Shown here piece by piece: positions 1 through 12,548 of a DNA stretch of 64,000 nt. The notes beneath the pieces are model-generated. The model searched no databases, was not told the DNA's origin, and saw only the letters and a list, made by a program, of their open reading frames with translations. Made by a program: the position numbers and the translations under genes. The stretch comes from Octopus vulgaris (lineage: Eukaryota). The first letter of the stretch is position 1, and each line of letters begins with the position of its first letter. The DNA lies in the NCBI GenBank assembly GCA_951406725.2, contig OX597814.1, forward strand, positions 209,870,001-209,934,000. The letters are read 5' to 3'.

Positions 1-76
1 GTATGTACATATATATGTGGATGTATGCATATATATTTATATATTATTTATATATAATATATATATATATATATAT

Positions 77-192
77 GGCCTGCTCGCTTAGCCAGCGGGG
101 TGGCGTCATTTAAAGGCTAAAACAATGCGAAGCGCATTGTGACCAGCGATATGTAGCAACATCTGATAGCCTGTTCGGTCACGGTGATCACG

Positions 193-196
<4 letters not shown>
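77..196 (+). mobile_element. SINE 3' tail fragment (tail Z, same as 48241-48352)
   Basis: gcgcattgtgaccagcgat...ggtcacggtgatcacggtgat aligns by eye with cgtattgtgaccagcgat...ggtcacatgatcacgtgat near 48300-48352; embedded in (TA)n. Confidence 0.65.
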
Positions 197-234
<38 letters not shown>

Positions 235-862
235 TATACACACACATATGTGTGTGTATTTGTGCGTGCAGTGTGCATGCGTGTGTGCGCCTGCGATTTA
301 GTGGGTATCTATGTGTAATAAAATCAACTATATCATGCACTGATTTTTTGCTTTAGGTTTGAAATATTCAATGTTCATGCGAGAATTCTTCGTAGCAATT
401 GGTTTATAGTTTGCTTGTAGGTCATGAAAATTAATGATTGCAACTTGTGTCTAGGATATGGAAAGTGTTTGCAACATACAGAGAAATGTATATCCGCGAA
501 ACGAAAGGAGAGGCGACTAGAACCACTGAAATTCTGAATAACAGATATGTCAAAAAAAATAATCTCTTCGTTTCATAACGGGATGTAAAGTTATAAATCA
601 CTGGTCACCTATAAAACCAAGACCTTCAATGGCGAGTCCACTTCACATGGAGGACCGCTGGAAGTAGTGAGTAAAAGCAGTAGAAAATACCACTTGGTTT
701 TATGGCTTAAGTAGTTCCTTGTCATTCTCTGCTCGTTGCAAAGTTCGTAATATTACAGAAAAATGTAAATGAATACAGAAAATTCGTCAAAGCAATATGA
801 TAAAATTCCCGGTAAAGATTTGATCCAATACTTTGAAATCTATATAGGTATATATAGATGTA

Positions 863-1121
863 TGGAGGCGCGTGGCTTAGTGGTTAAGGTGTCAGCATCA
901 TGATCGGAAGATTGTGGTTTCGATTCCTGGACCGGGCGACGCGTTGTGTTCTTGAGCAAAACACTTCATTTCACGTTGCTCCAGTCCACTCATCTGGCAA
1001 AAATGAGTAACGCTGCGATGGACTGGTGTCCTGTCCAGCTGGGGAAGGCATACGTCACTGAAATCGGGAAACCGGGCCCATGAGCCTGGCTAGGTTTTAA
1101 AAGGGCGCAGTTATTTTATTT
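863..1121 (+). mobile_element. tRNA-derived CORE-type SINE (head A + CORE + tail X), full length
   Basis: A box TGGCTTAGTGG, B box GTTTCGATTCC, CORE-like tgttcttgagcaaaacacttcatttcac...aaaatgag; 14-bp TSD tatatatagatgta at 849-862 and 1122-1135. Confidence 0.9.
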
Positions 1122-2435
1122 TATATATAGATGTAACGTGGGTGTAAAAAATAATAAATGAAAAAACTTTGGCTTCAATGCTAAATTGAGAAAAGTTGAC
1201 GGAGCTACTACTGGAAACATCAGATGATGAATGCCATCTATAAGTAAAGTTACTAGAGACAGTTTGCGAACAAATCGCAGAAGGAGAGGAGAAACAAGCC
1301 GGATAATATTCTTGATGCGAAAAGATAAAGAAAATCTAAAGCAGATAAAATAGCATTGAAAATCCAAAGCAAGGACGTCTGAAACACAAAGGAAGACCTA
1401 CTATTTGACGTAAGTCAGCAGCCATTTATTATTGTTAAAAATACATTAATAGAAATATATGCAATGGTTTTAATGATATAGATATCATTTGTAGTATGGT
1501 AGAATGCCAGTCGTATCTACAGTTGATTAGGTTCCCTCGACGTTCTCCATCCCAAGGGGTTTTCAGCTAATTGTTTATACGTTCTATATTTATGGCGTCC
1601 TGTGCCTCAAGATCTAGTGTTCTAGGAAGGAATTTATCATCGAAACTTTCATTAATGATGTCAGGCCAACTTAAAGATTATCATTAAGGTGATTACTTCA
1701 TAATGATGCTTTAATTGTTTTACTACAGCGTTTAAGTACAAAAATCTACTCTATAATTTATATGTTCGTTAAAATGAATCGAAAGCCATTTTCTATAGAA
1801 GAGAATAAAACATGTGAGTGGATGTTTACCAAAAGGATAGTTACGATTGAGAAAACATGTTCACTTCAAGGATACATATCTTTAAAGTGGTAGCTAAACG
1901 AATGAAAGTAGTGGCAGAAAAGGAAAAAGAAATGGAAAATATGAGAACAGAGAAAAAGAAGAGACAAGAGATTATTTGCAGTTTGGACACAACTCTCCAA
2001 TTATGTATTTCAAATATTCATTTTAAAACGGCCATTTACTAATGTATTGTGCATCATTAGAATGAGTACAAGCTTTGAAAATAAAATAAAATGGAAAGAA
2101 TTATCCCGAAGCTTAAATTCCATTATGCAAATCTTAATCTTTATAGTTTGTTTGTCCGTAATGTTCTACGATGTATTACGTGTGAATCGTATGATTGCAG
2201 TCATTTAGGGCATAAGGTAGAAAGGAATTAAAAAAAAAATGTTTTTCTATTTGTGAAAAAAAAAATCACTTGTTTGTGTGAGAGCAGAATTATACACAGT
2301 TACAAATACGTAAGTATTTTTTATAAGTTAAGTCGAACAGTTGAGCATATGTATAACAGAATGTCATATCCGAGAAAGTCGTTTCTGCAATTTTTTGCTG
2401 GACAAACTGCACAGATGTTATTTTTTTATAGTAAT

Positions 2436-2440
<5 letters not shown>

Positions 2441-2496
<56 letters not shown>
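2441..2496. repeat. (TA)n microsatellite (one of many in the window)
   Basis: direct reading. Confidence 0.95.
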
Positions 2497-2497
<1 letters not shown>

Positions 2498-2755
2498 TGG
2501 CCTTAGTTTTCCATGTGTATCTGTCCACCAGAAAGAAAATGTGTCCGGTATGTGCAAACACACACACACGCGCCCTCCCGCACGTATGTTCACATAAATT
2601 TATGGATATAAGTATAAGGTTTGATATTATATTCAAATGGTCACTGTTTTAACTGTACTTATATATCAACTATATATATATAATGTCTGAAATCTGGTTG
2701 TTTCACTTCTTTCCACTTTGTTACACATAAGGATTTACGATGTAAAAACACTATA

Positions 2756-3533
2756 TTGGGTCATTTAATAAATAATGTGGTTTTTTCAGTTCGCAGGGTG
2801 ACGGGATATACTACCTGCATCAACTTGCTATAAAAGCAGGTAGTAGTTTTACCTTTTCCTTATTTTTAGTGCAAGTTTTGAAGAGTGCAGTTCGATTTTA
2901 ACAGCTCACGAATGAACCTTTTTTGAATCGAATAGTGACAGTTGGTAAGGAAAGGAGAAACACCGGCACACCACACTAAAGAAGGTCTTCAGCCATGTAA
3001 AATGTTGTTATGTGTTTGGTGGGATATGAAAGGTCTAGTCCTCTTTGAACCCAAAACAAACGATGACAAAGATCTACTACGAGCAGCTTCAGCGACTTTT
3101 CCAGCGCTAGAAGAAAAACGACAATCTTCAGTTTCAAGACGAAATGTATTCTTCCATCAGGATGATGCTCGGTTACATACAAAAAAGATGATATTGTAAA
3201 GGTTGGAGCTGTTTGAATGGGAAACGATGCCCCACCCATCATATTCGCCGGACATTGCTCCATCTGATTATTATTTATTCCGCACTCTTGAAAATCATTT
3301 GGACGGAAAAGATACGAAATCTGTAGAGGAGGTCAGAACAGTACCGGAGAAGTGTTTTTCGTCACGAACAAATAAACTTTGGAAGAGGAGCCTTGCACGT
3401 CTACCACATAGATGGAAGGGCATTGTAGAAAATGAGGGAGAGTATATTTTAGATGAAAGAAGAACTTTGTTTATCTTAATTTTGAAAAATAAATGAAGTA
3501 TAAGAAAATCGCATTATTTCTAGAATGACCCAT
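2756..3533 (+). mobile_element. Internally deleted mariner DNA transposon
   Basis: Imperfect TIRs ttgggtcatttaataaataatgtggttttt / aagaaaatcgcattatttctagaatgaccca, preceded by TA; frameshifted transposase with MLLCVWWD, FFHQDDAR, HPSYSPDIAPSDYYLF, RWKGIVENEGEY. Confidence 0.93.
2910..3496 (+). pseudogene. mariner transposase catalytic-domain pseudogene
   Basis: ORFs 2942-3199 and 3203-3496 carry mariner motifs (YSPDIAPSDY); N-terminal DNA-binding part absent. Confidence 0.9.
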
Positions 3534-3810
3534 TTAAACAAGATGATCCACATTTTTGTTTTAATGTTGTGTACATTTAAATCTTATTTGATATTACTGA
3601 AACTTGTAAACAAACAGCGAATCGTTTTAAAATGTTTTTTGTCATTCATAATTTAAATCTTTTACCATTGATACACAAAAAGTATTGTTCAAACTAATTT
3701 GGTATGTTTGTACAAAAATTCATTTTAAAAGAATTAAAAGGTTTTCAAATGTAGGTGCATTTTCAACGACATATTTTCATATATATATATATATGATTCA
3801 AATGAAATAA

Positions 3811-3849
<39 letters not shown>

Positions 3850-4080
3850 CAATATGATTATGTTGTTGCATCTTGGGATAGTCATTTTTCTTTTTGCCAA
3901 ATGAACACATCCACTAAATATTCGTTCTACGCTCGTTTATTACTGTTTTTATTCTAACTCATGCTCATTGTCCTGAAATCTTTCGTCACACATCTGTGAC
4001 CTCATCAGTGACACTTTCCGTCTTCGCGCGTTCTCTTGCTCCACTTATTTCATTCTGATCTTCTATGATTTGTATCCTTA
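3850..4080 (-). mobile_element. Non-autonomous Penelope-like element (pseudo-LTR-like) carrying an HHR motif
   Basis: HHR core on minus strand; segment tgttgcatcttgggatagtcatttttctttttg resembles the arms of the 58945-59176 palindrome. Confidence 0.55.
3969..4013 (-). ncRNA. Type I hammerhead ribozyme motif (stems I/III degenerate)
   Basis: minus strand: tgtca CTGATGA g gtcaca-gatg-tgtgac GAAA gatttca ggaca. Confidence 0.65.
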
Positions 4081-4659
4081 TATGCGCATGCGTTTGCGTT
4101 CGTGTTTGTTGTGTGTACATATATGTATGTGTGCGCATGTTTGTGTTTCATTGTTCTTAACCGCTCTATGACCTACTCCTCAGCCCCATCCCTACTCGTT
4201 GTCGATGCTGCTGCTCTAGGACCCGAAATTTGGTACAGTTCCAGTGTCACTCTGTGTGTGTGTTCGCCCACGCTTCTGCCATCGTAGTTGTTGTTGTTAT
4301 TGCTATCGCTGTCACTGCTGTTGTTGTTGTCGTTGTTATTCGTATTCTTGATATTGTTGCTGCCGTCACTGAAGCTATCGTTCGTGTGTCTGTGTGTGTA
4401 TACGGGTTCACATCTTATTTTGATTTTATTCGCGCTCTTCATATACATATTTAAAAATAATTACTGTATATTTAACATGAACTTTAAAAATATATGAAAT
4501 TTGAAAGCGAATTAAGTATATATACTTAAGCAGTATACTAACTTCATTATAAAAAATTATGTAAGAACTATAAAATAACAAACAATAATATAATGGAATG
4601 TATCGATGTTTTAAAACTAATACTCATGACACCTTACTTGACTCAAACTATATTAAAAA

Positions 4660-5475
4660 TTGCACTATGTACATCAGTTATCTATCCATCCTAGATTTTT
4701 AATAGACAACCTAATGCATCAACAAACGAGTAAATTTTTAACGATAAAGCCCAACGTTACAACGAGATTTTACAAAGAAATGGTTGTAAAGAATAAGATT
4801 AAGATTAAGAACATTACTCCGAAGGAAAATGGGAGCTGTACAGAAGAATCGATAATTCTTATAAAAGTAAAAATAGTAGTAAGTCTCTTTATAACCATTT
4901 TATTTACCGTCTAATAAATAAAAGCAACATAAAAAGTAAAACTATTATACTTAGGACTACACCTCCGGTTAAAGACCAAAATTGTGTAGCTAAACAAACA
5001 AAATTTCCCTCTCAGTAAGCTACTACAGACACAACTGAGTGCAAGTAATATAACAAATGTGTTAAACCCCAGGATCCAGTACAGGAAAACAACAAATATG
5101 ATCCTGAAAATTATTCTGCTTATAAAAATATTTTTTAAAAAAATGTGGAATATTCTTCATTCTTACAACGTACTAAAACAAACATTAGAAACCAGATATC
5201 TAAAACAGAGGATATATATATATATATAAATATATATATTTACAAGCCGCTGTTTCTTCTAATTCCAATATTGAAATCTCTCCTAAATCCATTGAAAGCC
5301 ATAAAATGATAAATTCTCTAAATTATTCACATTTCGTTGTAGATAAGAACACTGAGAAAAGGCATACAACCTGGTATAGTGTTCCTCGCGCAAAACAAAA
5401 CTCCGCTACTAACGTCCCTAATGTCTCTGATAATGTTCTATTGAAGAACTTTTCTTTTAACCATAAATAGCAGGG
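4660..5475 (+). pseudogene. Highly decayed Penelope-like RT thumb / GIY-YIG relic
   Basis: YVHQLSIHPRFLIDNL (cf. PLE YxHxxSNHP..I.KNI), LKTKI..KFP, IYLQAAVSS, WYSVPRAK in PLE-like order; many stops and frameshifts. Confidence 0.4.
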
Positions 5476-5713
5476 CATCTTCGTATACACGGTAAAATTT
5501 CTGCAACACCGAATCTAGCAGATAACATCGAATACTCAAACATCTCAAAAATTCAAATACATAAAGAAAATCCTCAGCACAAGGATGTGACACAGACTAT
5601 CTCATATATAAACCAACACAGACACTAATCTAGACCGAAATCTTACCCCTCAACCAATGACAGAATTGAACTGAGAAGATAAATCCTTGAAGCAAGAGAA
5701 TAATACTAATAGT

Positions 5714-6097
5714 GTGGAGGCGCAATGGCCCAGTGGTTAGGGCAGCGGACTCGCGGTCATAGGATCGCGGTTTCGATCCCCAGACCGGGCGTTGTGAGTG
5801 TTTATTGAGCGAAAACGCCTAAAGCTCCACGAGGCTCCGGCAGGGGATGGTGGTGATCCCTGCTGTACTCTTTCACCACAACTGTCTCTCACTCTTGCTT
5901 CCTGTTTCTGTTGTACCTGTATTTCAAAGGGCCGGCCTTGTCACTCTCTGTGTCACGCTGAATATCCCCGAGAACTACGTTAAGGGTACACGTGTCTGTG
6001 GAGTGCTCAGCGACTTACACGTTAATTTCACGAGCAGGCTGTTCCGTTGATTCGGATCAACCGGAACCCTCGTCGTCGTAACCGACGGAGTGCTTCC
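5714..6097 (+). mobile_element. tRNA-derived SINE (head B + tail Y), full length, young
   Basis: A box TGGCCCAGTGG, B box GTTTCGATCCC; 12-bp TSD aatactaatagt (5702-5713, 6098-6109); near-identical inverted copy at 32151-32537. Confidence 0.93.
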
Positions 6098-6129
6098 AAT
6101 ACTAATAGTAATAATTAATCAAATATATC

Positions 6130-6790
6130 AAACATGGCGCATCATAACCCTGGCTATTCAATAAACAACAACACCTCAATTTGCTATTTATATACATATA
6201 CATAGAATTTTAAACATCCTGCCAAAGAGCAGAATAAGTTTTCATATATACTCTAATACCAAAAGTATCCACTGTAGCAGTTGCAAAACCCCAACAAATG
6301 CTCAAATACAGGAGAATATAATTAGCAATAAGACAAATTCAACTACTCAATAATCTCTAGAAATTTTCAACTCAAAACTCATGTCTGTAACAGTAGACTC
6401 CCACTAATTCTCCTCTTAATGGTAATGAATGGTAATTAAGTAAGCGATGTTATATACAAATTTATTGTAATAACGCTAGCTTACTATATTAATATTACAT
6501 CGGTTCTACATCAAGTGAATTTAAATGTTCCTAAACCATGCATAGACGTACCTTTAACTAAAGAAAAGTTACTCGCGGAGAATATATGGGATCTAAAATT
6601 CTAAAGGTGTTAGTTTAGCCTGCAATGGATTATCACAGCAACCTACCCCCATAGCTAAAAATAAAAAATATTAGAGGCTTTGTCAAAGGAACAATTTAAA
6701 ATAATCTTGGAAGATAAAATGTTACTTAATCATAGATGCTGGGGCAAGACACCATCGAAGCATTGTTTTCTAAAACATCCCATTTTTATC
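6130..6790 (+). pseudogene. Penelope-like element GIY-YIG endonuclease relic
   Basis: Fragmented, ordered motifs NPGYS, SPLNGN, SDVIYK, YYIGSTSSEFK, LAENIWDLK, QWII, LLNHR typical of the PLE GIY-YIG region. Confidence 0.7.
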
Positions 6791-7009
6791 GTAAAAACTG
6801 CAAGTAAATAGATTGTCAGACTTGAAATCAAGTATAAGACAGTGGTCTAGTGGTTGAAGCTATATCTCTGATGGACCGTATACATAGCTAACATGGCTTT
6901 CCTATTTTCCTATTTTATCTGAAAAAAAAAATTAAAATGACATATCTAAGAAACGGAAATTATTTAACAACATAGAAACGATGAGGTAGGTAACAATTTG
7001 TTAGTGAAT

Positions 7010-9393
7010 TATATAATATAAACGGGTAACATTCCCGAGGCTCCACCACATGCCACCCCTTTTCTCGGACCACAAAAAGGGTTTTGTAGCATATTAGGAG
7101 GCCAGGGTAGTTGATTCCACGCAAAAATATTTTTGTTAGTGAAAATTTTGCGAGTGTTATCTAGAAATTTGCCTGGAGGTTTTCATGGTAAATTTGAGAT
7201 TAAAAACAAATGTTTTCCATATTCTTAATCTCCGTATTTTTCCACGTACATTGAAAAATAGATGGTGAAAAGATCAATGGGTGTGAGGGGTGAAATCTAC
7301 GAGGCTTCCACCACACCTTTTTCGAACCACACAAAGGGTTTTGTAGCATATTAGGAGGCCAAGGTAGTTGATTTCATGTAAAAAATCCGATTTTGTTTCT
7401 TAGTGAAAATCGTGCAAGTGTTAATCTAAAGATTTAATATAAAACCTTTTTTTCCATGAAATTCTCTGTACGTAATTTTGCTTTCTCATTGGTCAAGGCA
7501 AATGATGACTGGCAAAGCAACAGTGCCCTAATGCTGACATTGGATACAATGACCTGATCTACAATAATGCGCTGATTGAAATGGAGGATGCTCTGCTCAA
7601 AAAGGATGGGGCAGTGTTGAACACATTCAGTTTGCCATCTTCATTGCGACAGGACGTTAACACGCTTGTACCAATGTCACTTTTGGCGTTGTCGTATGAC
7701 GCTAATGGCCTTGCGGAGTACTTGACAGTAAATGAACCGCAATTGCTCCCTGATCAGGACCTGGTGTACGAAACTGTTGTCAGTGCCGTTGAAAAACAGG
7801 TGGGCGGCATTTTTTTCCTCGATGCTGCTAGAGTTACCGGCAAATCCATTGTAACACAATTAATACTTGCTAAGATTCGTCGCGAGAAACAAACTACGCT
7901 TGCCGTTGCTTCCTCGGGAATCGCTGCTATGTTATTACCGGGGTGTAGGACGGCGCACTCGGCATTCAAGCTGCCTTTACATTTGGTGAGGGCTGAGTTT
8001 TCTACTTGCAACATTGGCAAAAATTCAGAGGAAGATGAAGTTCTTAGACAGTGCCGTCTCATTGTATGGGACGAATGCACAATGACCAATAATGCTGCCG
8101 TTGAGGCACTGGACCGGTCACTGAAAGGTATCAGGAATTCTACAGCTTCTATGGGTGGTGTAACGCCATTGCTTTCAGGAGATTTCTGGCAAGCCCTTCC
8201 TGTCATCCATAAAGGGAGCCGGGCTGATGAAGTGCGCGCATGCTTTAAGTCATCCACGTTGTGGCTCCAGGTTAAGACCATAATCCTAAGCACAAACATG
8301 CGTGCGCACTTGCTTGGTGATAGCACGTCTGCAGCATTTGCTGGATACATTTTAGCCCTTGGAGAAGGCAAGGATCCTAGGAATGGTAGAGACGACATAT
8401 CCATCTCTGAACTGTGAAACACTGTGGACAACTCTTCCGATCTTTTGGAAACAGTGTTCCTCAATCTGGAAAGTAATTATGCAGACATCGATTGGTTCAG
8501 TGAAAGAACCATCCTGACCCCACCAAAACGTAACTCTCACTGCTATCAACGACCAGCTCATAAGCTGAATTCCGGGTGAGGATCACATCTGCAAATCGAT
8601 TGACCAGACCTCTGACCCCCAAGAGATCGTCAGTTACCTTATCGAGATTTTCAACTCTTTGGAGACAGCAGGGCCTCCACCTCACATTCTTGGGCTAAGG
8701 GTTGGATGCCCAATTATGCTCATCAGAAACTTGCTTCCGCCTAAACAGTACAATGGGACCCGCTTAGTAATCAAGTCCCTGACGCCCCACTTGACTGAGG
8801 CCACCATTGTTACATGGTGCGGGAGGGGTAAAAATGCTTTCATTTCAAGGATGGAGCTTTATTCTTTGGAGTCAGACAAGTCATTTAACTTCCGCAGATC
8901 GCAGTTCCCTGTAAGACCATGCTTCGCCATGTCCATCAACCCCAAGGCCAAATACTATCGGTGGCAGGCATCCATTTGAGGTTTTCCATTCAATCAGGAT
9001 AAAAAATTGATAAACCGATCCCTTTTACGCTTTCTTACTAAAATTGGCTACACTGCATTTTCAACCATAACTTCTACCAATTTTGACATATTTTGCTCAA
9101 ACTTGATGCCAGCATTACTTAAGACTCATGGTATCTTTGAATGCCTTAAGTTCAGAAACAAAAAAAAATGAAAAAAAAGAAAACAATCGATGAGTGGAAA
9201 TAATCGATAAACCGATTGCTTATGAGATTTCCTAATCAAATTTCCTGCAACCCATTTTCAGCCAAGCGTTTCTCAATTTCAAAGGATTTCGCTCAAATTT
9301 GATGTCGGTGTCACTTATTTTGGTTTGAATTAAAGTGCTTGATCACATAATAATCCTAACTTAATCCCGGGCAACGCCGGTATATACTCTTAG
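7010..9393 (+). mobile_element. Helitron (deleted, no Rep domain seen)
   Basis: Pif1-like helicase pseudogene; 3' GC hairpin cccgggcaacgccgg followed by ...cttag|t; internal direct repeats ~7037-7170 vs ~7301-7430 and ~9000-9120 vs ~9200-9320; 5' boundary approximate. Confidence 0.85.
7581..8979 (+). pseudogene. Helitron Pif1-family (SF1B) helicase pseudogene
   Basis: Decayed Walker A DAARVTGKS, AVASSGIAA, RTAHSAFKLP, LIVWDECTM, LLSGDFWQALPV, GCPIMLIRNL, NGTRL, RRSQFPVRPCFAMSIN; stops and frameshifts after 8417. Confidence 0.92.
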
Positions 9394-9447
9394 TGTATGT
9401 ATGTATGTATGTATGTATGTATGTATGTATGTATGTATGTATGTATG

Positions 9448-9488
<41 letters not shown>
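9394..9488. repeat. (ATGT)n-(AT)n compound microsatellite
   Basis: direct reading. Confidence 0.9.
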
Positions 9489-9490
<2 letters not shown>

Positions 9491-10136
9491 GCACGTATGT
9501 ATACTCAAAACTGGTTTAAGCGTCCATATACGTGTCTGTGTGAGCATGGTCTGCCTCTGTTGGTATGTATAGCGGTATTTATTGTGTATGTGTAAATATA
9601 TATGTATATATCTATACCACTGTATATATGTATATATGTGAGCAGTTGTATACGAACACACAGATATGTGTAAATTTTATTATGACCACATGCAACCGTA
9701 CCCACTAAACTTAAGTAGCATCAAAGAAACATAATTGGTAAAAAGACCCAATAAAACTATTAATCAAAATATGGTCTCTTATCTCTGTCAGCCGTCTCAC
9801 TAGCAACATTTTTTCTCCCGTCTACCTTCCACTACTTTTCTATTTTTATGTATATTTTCCTCATATGATATCAAATATAAAGTTCTTCTCGTAGTTAATT
9901 GAATACAGTTGCTTCCTTCACCACGGTAGTTGGATCTATCAAAATCTTTTCAATCTAATAAGGTTATGTAAGAATTTTACACGTCGTTGGCGACTCAGCA
10001 ATAACGTTTCACTATGCAATTTACATGATGCTACTTATAATCGCAAGTGTTAATGAAATGTACATAAGATGATGTAAATGATGTATGTAAGTATCTTGTG
10101 AAAAATCTCTTATGTTTGGTGCTATTGTTATTGTTA

Positions 10137-10186
<50 letters not shown>

Positions 10187-10246
10187 GTGTAGTATGTATG
10201 TATTTATGTATGTATGTGTGTGTGTGTGTATGTATATGCATGTATA

Positions 10247-10652
10247 TACAGTTTTTAGTTACAGCTGTTTCAGGAATAGGCGCGCGACTGGGAAGCAAGG
10301 TTCTGACTACACAGCCACACTTGTAAATAAATAGGAAAGATTCGGGGAATTAATTACAAGGTAGCTAAATTTTGCTTAGATGTATATATATATATGTGTA
10401 TAGGAAAAATTGAAAAAGGAGTTAACAGTCATTTCAATTGTTCCTATTTTCTCTTAAATACGACTTACTTATCCTGGAATCAAATCACACACAATAGTGA
10501 TCATTGTTTCTTAAGACATCTAAGCAACATTTAGCCACCTTGTAATTATTTCCCTGAATCTTTCCTATTTAGTTACAAGTGTGGCTGTGTAGCCAGAACC
10601 TTGCTTCCCAGTCGCGCGCCTATTCCTGAAACAGCTGTAACTAAAAACTGTA
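10247..10652. repeat. Long inverted repeat (arms 10247-10383 and 10516-10652)
   Basis: ~137-bp arms reverse-complementary with few mismatches; ~132-bp spacer. Confidence 0.9.
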
Positions 10653-11190
10653 AATCTCTCTCGTTTCTTTCAGTTACAACATTATACTTGCTATGAGTAT
10701 CTCCTTCCTGCCAAAACTTCGTTGTATTCATAACATAACCTTATTTTCTTCCTCTTCCTGGAGTCTCTCTCTCTCTATATATATATATGCATCACAACTA
10801 CTATGACTATACTAATGCTGAGTTGTTATTGATCTCCTGTCATTTATATTTCTTTATGTATTTGTTTTTCTCCAAATGTAGTATGAATATAAATGTCATA
10901 ATCTAAACCGATACCTTTTCTTTGCCCGTCTATTTTTTTTATTCTATTACACAAACAAAGCGCACACGCACACACGCATTCACACACACATTTTCGAAAT
11001 GCGGAGTTGATGAAAGAGGGACAATTGATGAAGGAAATGTTCTTCCTGTTGCATGTCTCGGTTCTCTGTTTTTTTCGTTGTACGAAAAAAGTTCGTATTC
11101 TATGTTTTTGTTTTTATGTTTTCGTTTCTCATTGTGTCTACATTTTTATGTCTTGTACCCATATATGCATATATATATATACATACATAC

Positions 11191-11241
<51 letters not shown>

Positions 11242-11334
11242 GGTATATACATACTTGTATGTATATTTGCATATATTTATATATCATTATATTATGATAT
11301 GATCGAACTCCACGCGTCCTTTTCCGAGTAAGTT

Positions 11335-11474
<140 letters not shown>

Positions 11475-11586
11475 ATGTATGTAAGCATGTATGTATGAGT
11501 GTGTTTATGTATATACATATGTAGGCATATTGGAACATGACCATGAAAGTTGTAATCGAGAGACACAAAGGAAGACAAACACATAT

Positions 11587-11648
<62 letters not shown>

Positions 11649-11666
11649 ATGTATACGACGTGATTA

Positions 11667-11794
11667 TTTCAGGTTCCGTCTATCAAATGCACTCTCAGGC
11701 TTTGTGTAGACGACACTTGCGCAAGGTGCCACGCAGTGGGACTTAACCATGTATTTGGGAAGCCGCTTTTTACCAGACGGTCACGTCTTCGCCT
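11667..11794 (-). mobile_element. SINE family C, 5' half, decayed
   Basis: Reverse complement aligns with the 5' part of 40782-41160. Confidence 0.7.
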
Positions 11795-11866
11795 ATATAT
11801 ATATATATGAACTTTTGGTTGATGTTTCTATTCCTACAACTATGTCAGCAAGATATGGAACATATT

Positions 11867-12078
11867 TGAGGGCGTTCTGAGAAGTTCCTGACTTCAAGTG
11901 TATCGCGTGTGTCGCCTAGTTAGAGGTCCAAGCTTTCGAGTTCTTTTATAGAGATCAAACACTGAAAGACCGCAACAACATGTGTGTGAATCTGAAAGGG
12001 AAATATGTTGTAGAAAATAGTTAACTGATCCTGCTGTATTTTCTTTTATTCTAAACCAGGACATTTTCTGCACTCCAT
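11867..12078 (+). mobile_element. mariner-derived MITE
   Basis: Imperfect TIRs gagggcgttctgagaagttcctg / ccaggacattttctgcactcc; internal remnant CVNLKGKYV of the transposase C-terminus. Confidence 0.65.
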
Positions 12079-12221
12079 TATATGGTTATCATTGGCTCAT
12101 TTGTTTCCAGAATATAAGAGTACTATTAACGCCTCCAGCTATTCTCTCATACGTTTTAACAGTTGTCTGAAAAAATTTTATGTATCACACTTTGGCATTT
12201 CGTCAAATGAAGAAATGTTTA

Positions 12222-12378
12222 AGGCGTAGGAGTGGCTGTGTGGTAAGTAGCTTGTTTACCAACCACATGGTTCAGTCCCACTGCATGGCACCTTGGGCAA
12301 GTGTCTTCTACTATAGCCTCGGGCCGACCAAAGCCTTTTGAGTGGATTTGGTTGACGGAAACTGAAAGAAGCCCGTCA

Positions 12379-12450
<72 letters not shown>

Positions 12451-12548
12451 CGTATATGTTTGTGTGTCCGTGTTTATCCCTCCAACACCACTTGACAAGC
12501 GATGCTGGTGTGTTTACGTCACCGTAACTTAGCGGTTCGGCAAAAGAG
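12222..12548 (+). mobile_element. SINE family C with internal (TA)n(TG)n, 3'-truncated
   Basis: ggcgtaggagtggctgtgtggtaag head, caccttgggcaagtgtcttc core; matches 40782-41160. Confidence 0.85.

Noticed and set aside
609-675. TATA-like box, ATG and GTGAGT donor as a possible first exon
   Set aside because: Short motifs expected by chance; no recognisable peptide
2253-2652. ORFs with YIYIYI, THTH, poly-I/L/Y/N tracts here and throughout the window
   Set aside because: Translations of stop-free microsatellites, not genes
5798-6050. ORFs repeated almost identically at 32136-32454
   Set aside because: They lie within two copies of a SINE; similarity reflects repeat identity
7037-7430. Direct repeats that might suggest a CRISPR-like array
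   Set aside because: Only two long diverged units inside a Helitron in eukaryotic DNA; no repeat-spacer periodicity or cas genes
7754-8464. 236-aa minus-strand ORF
   Set aside because: Antisense shadow of the Helitron helicase frame
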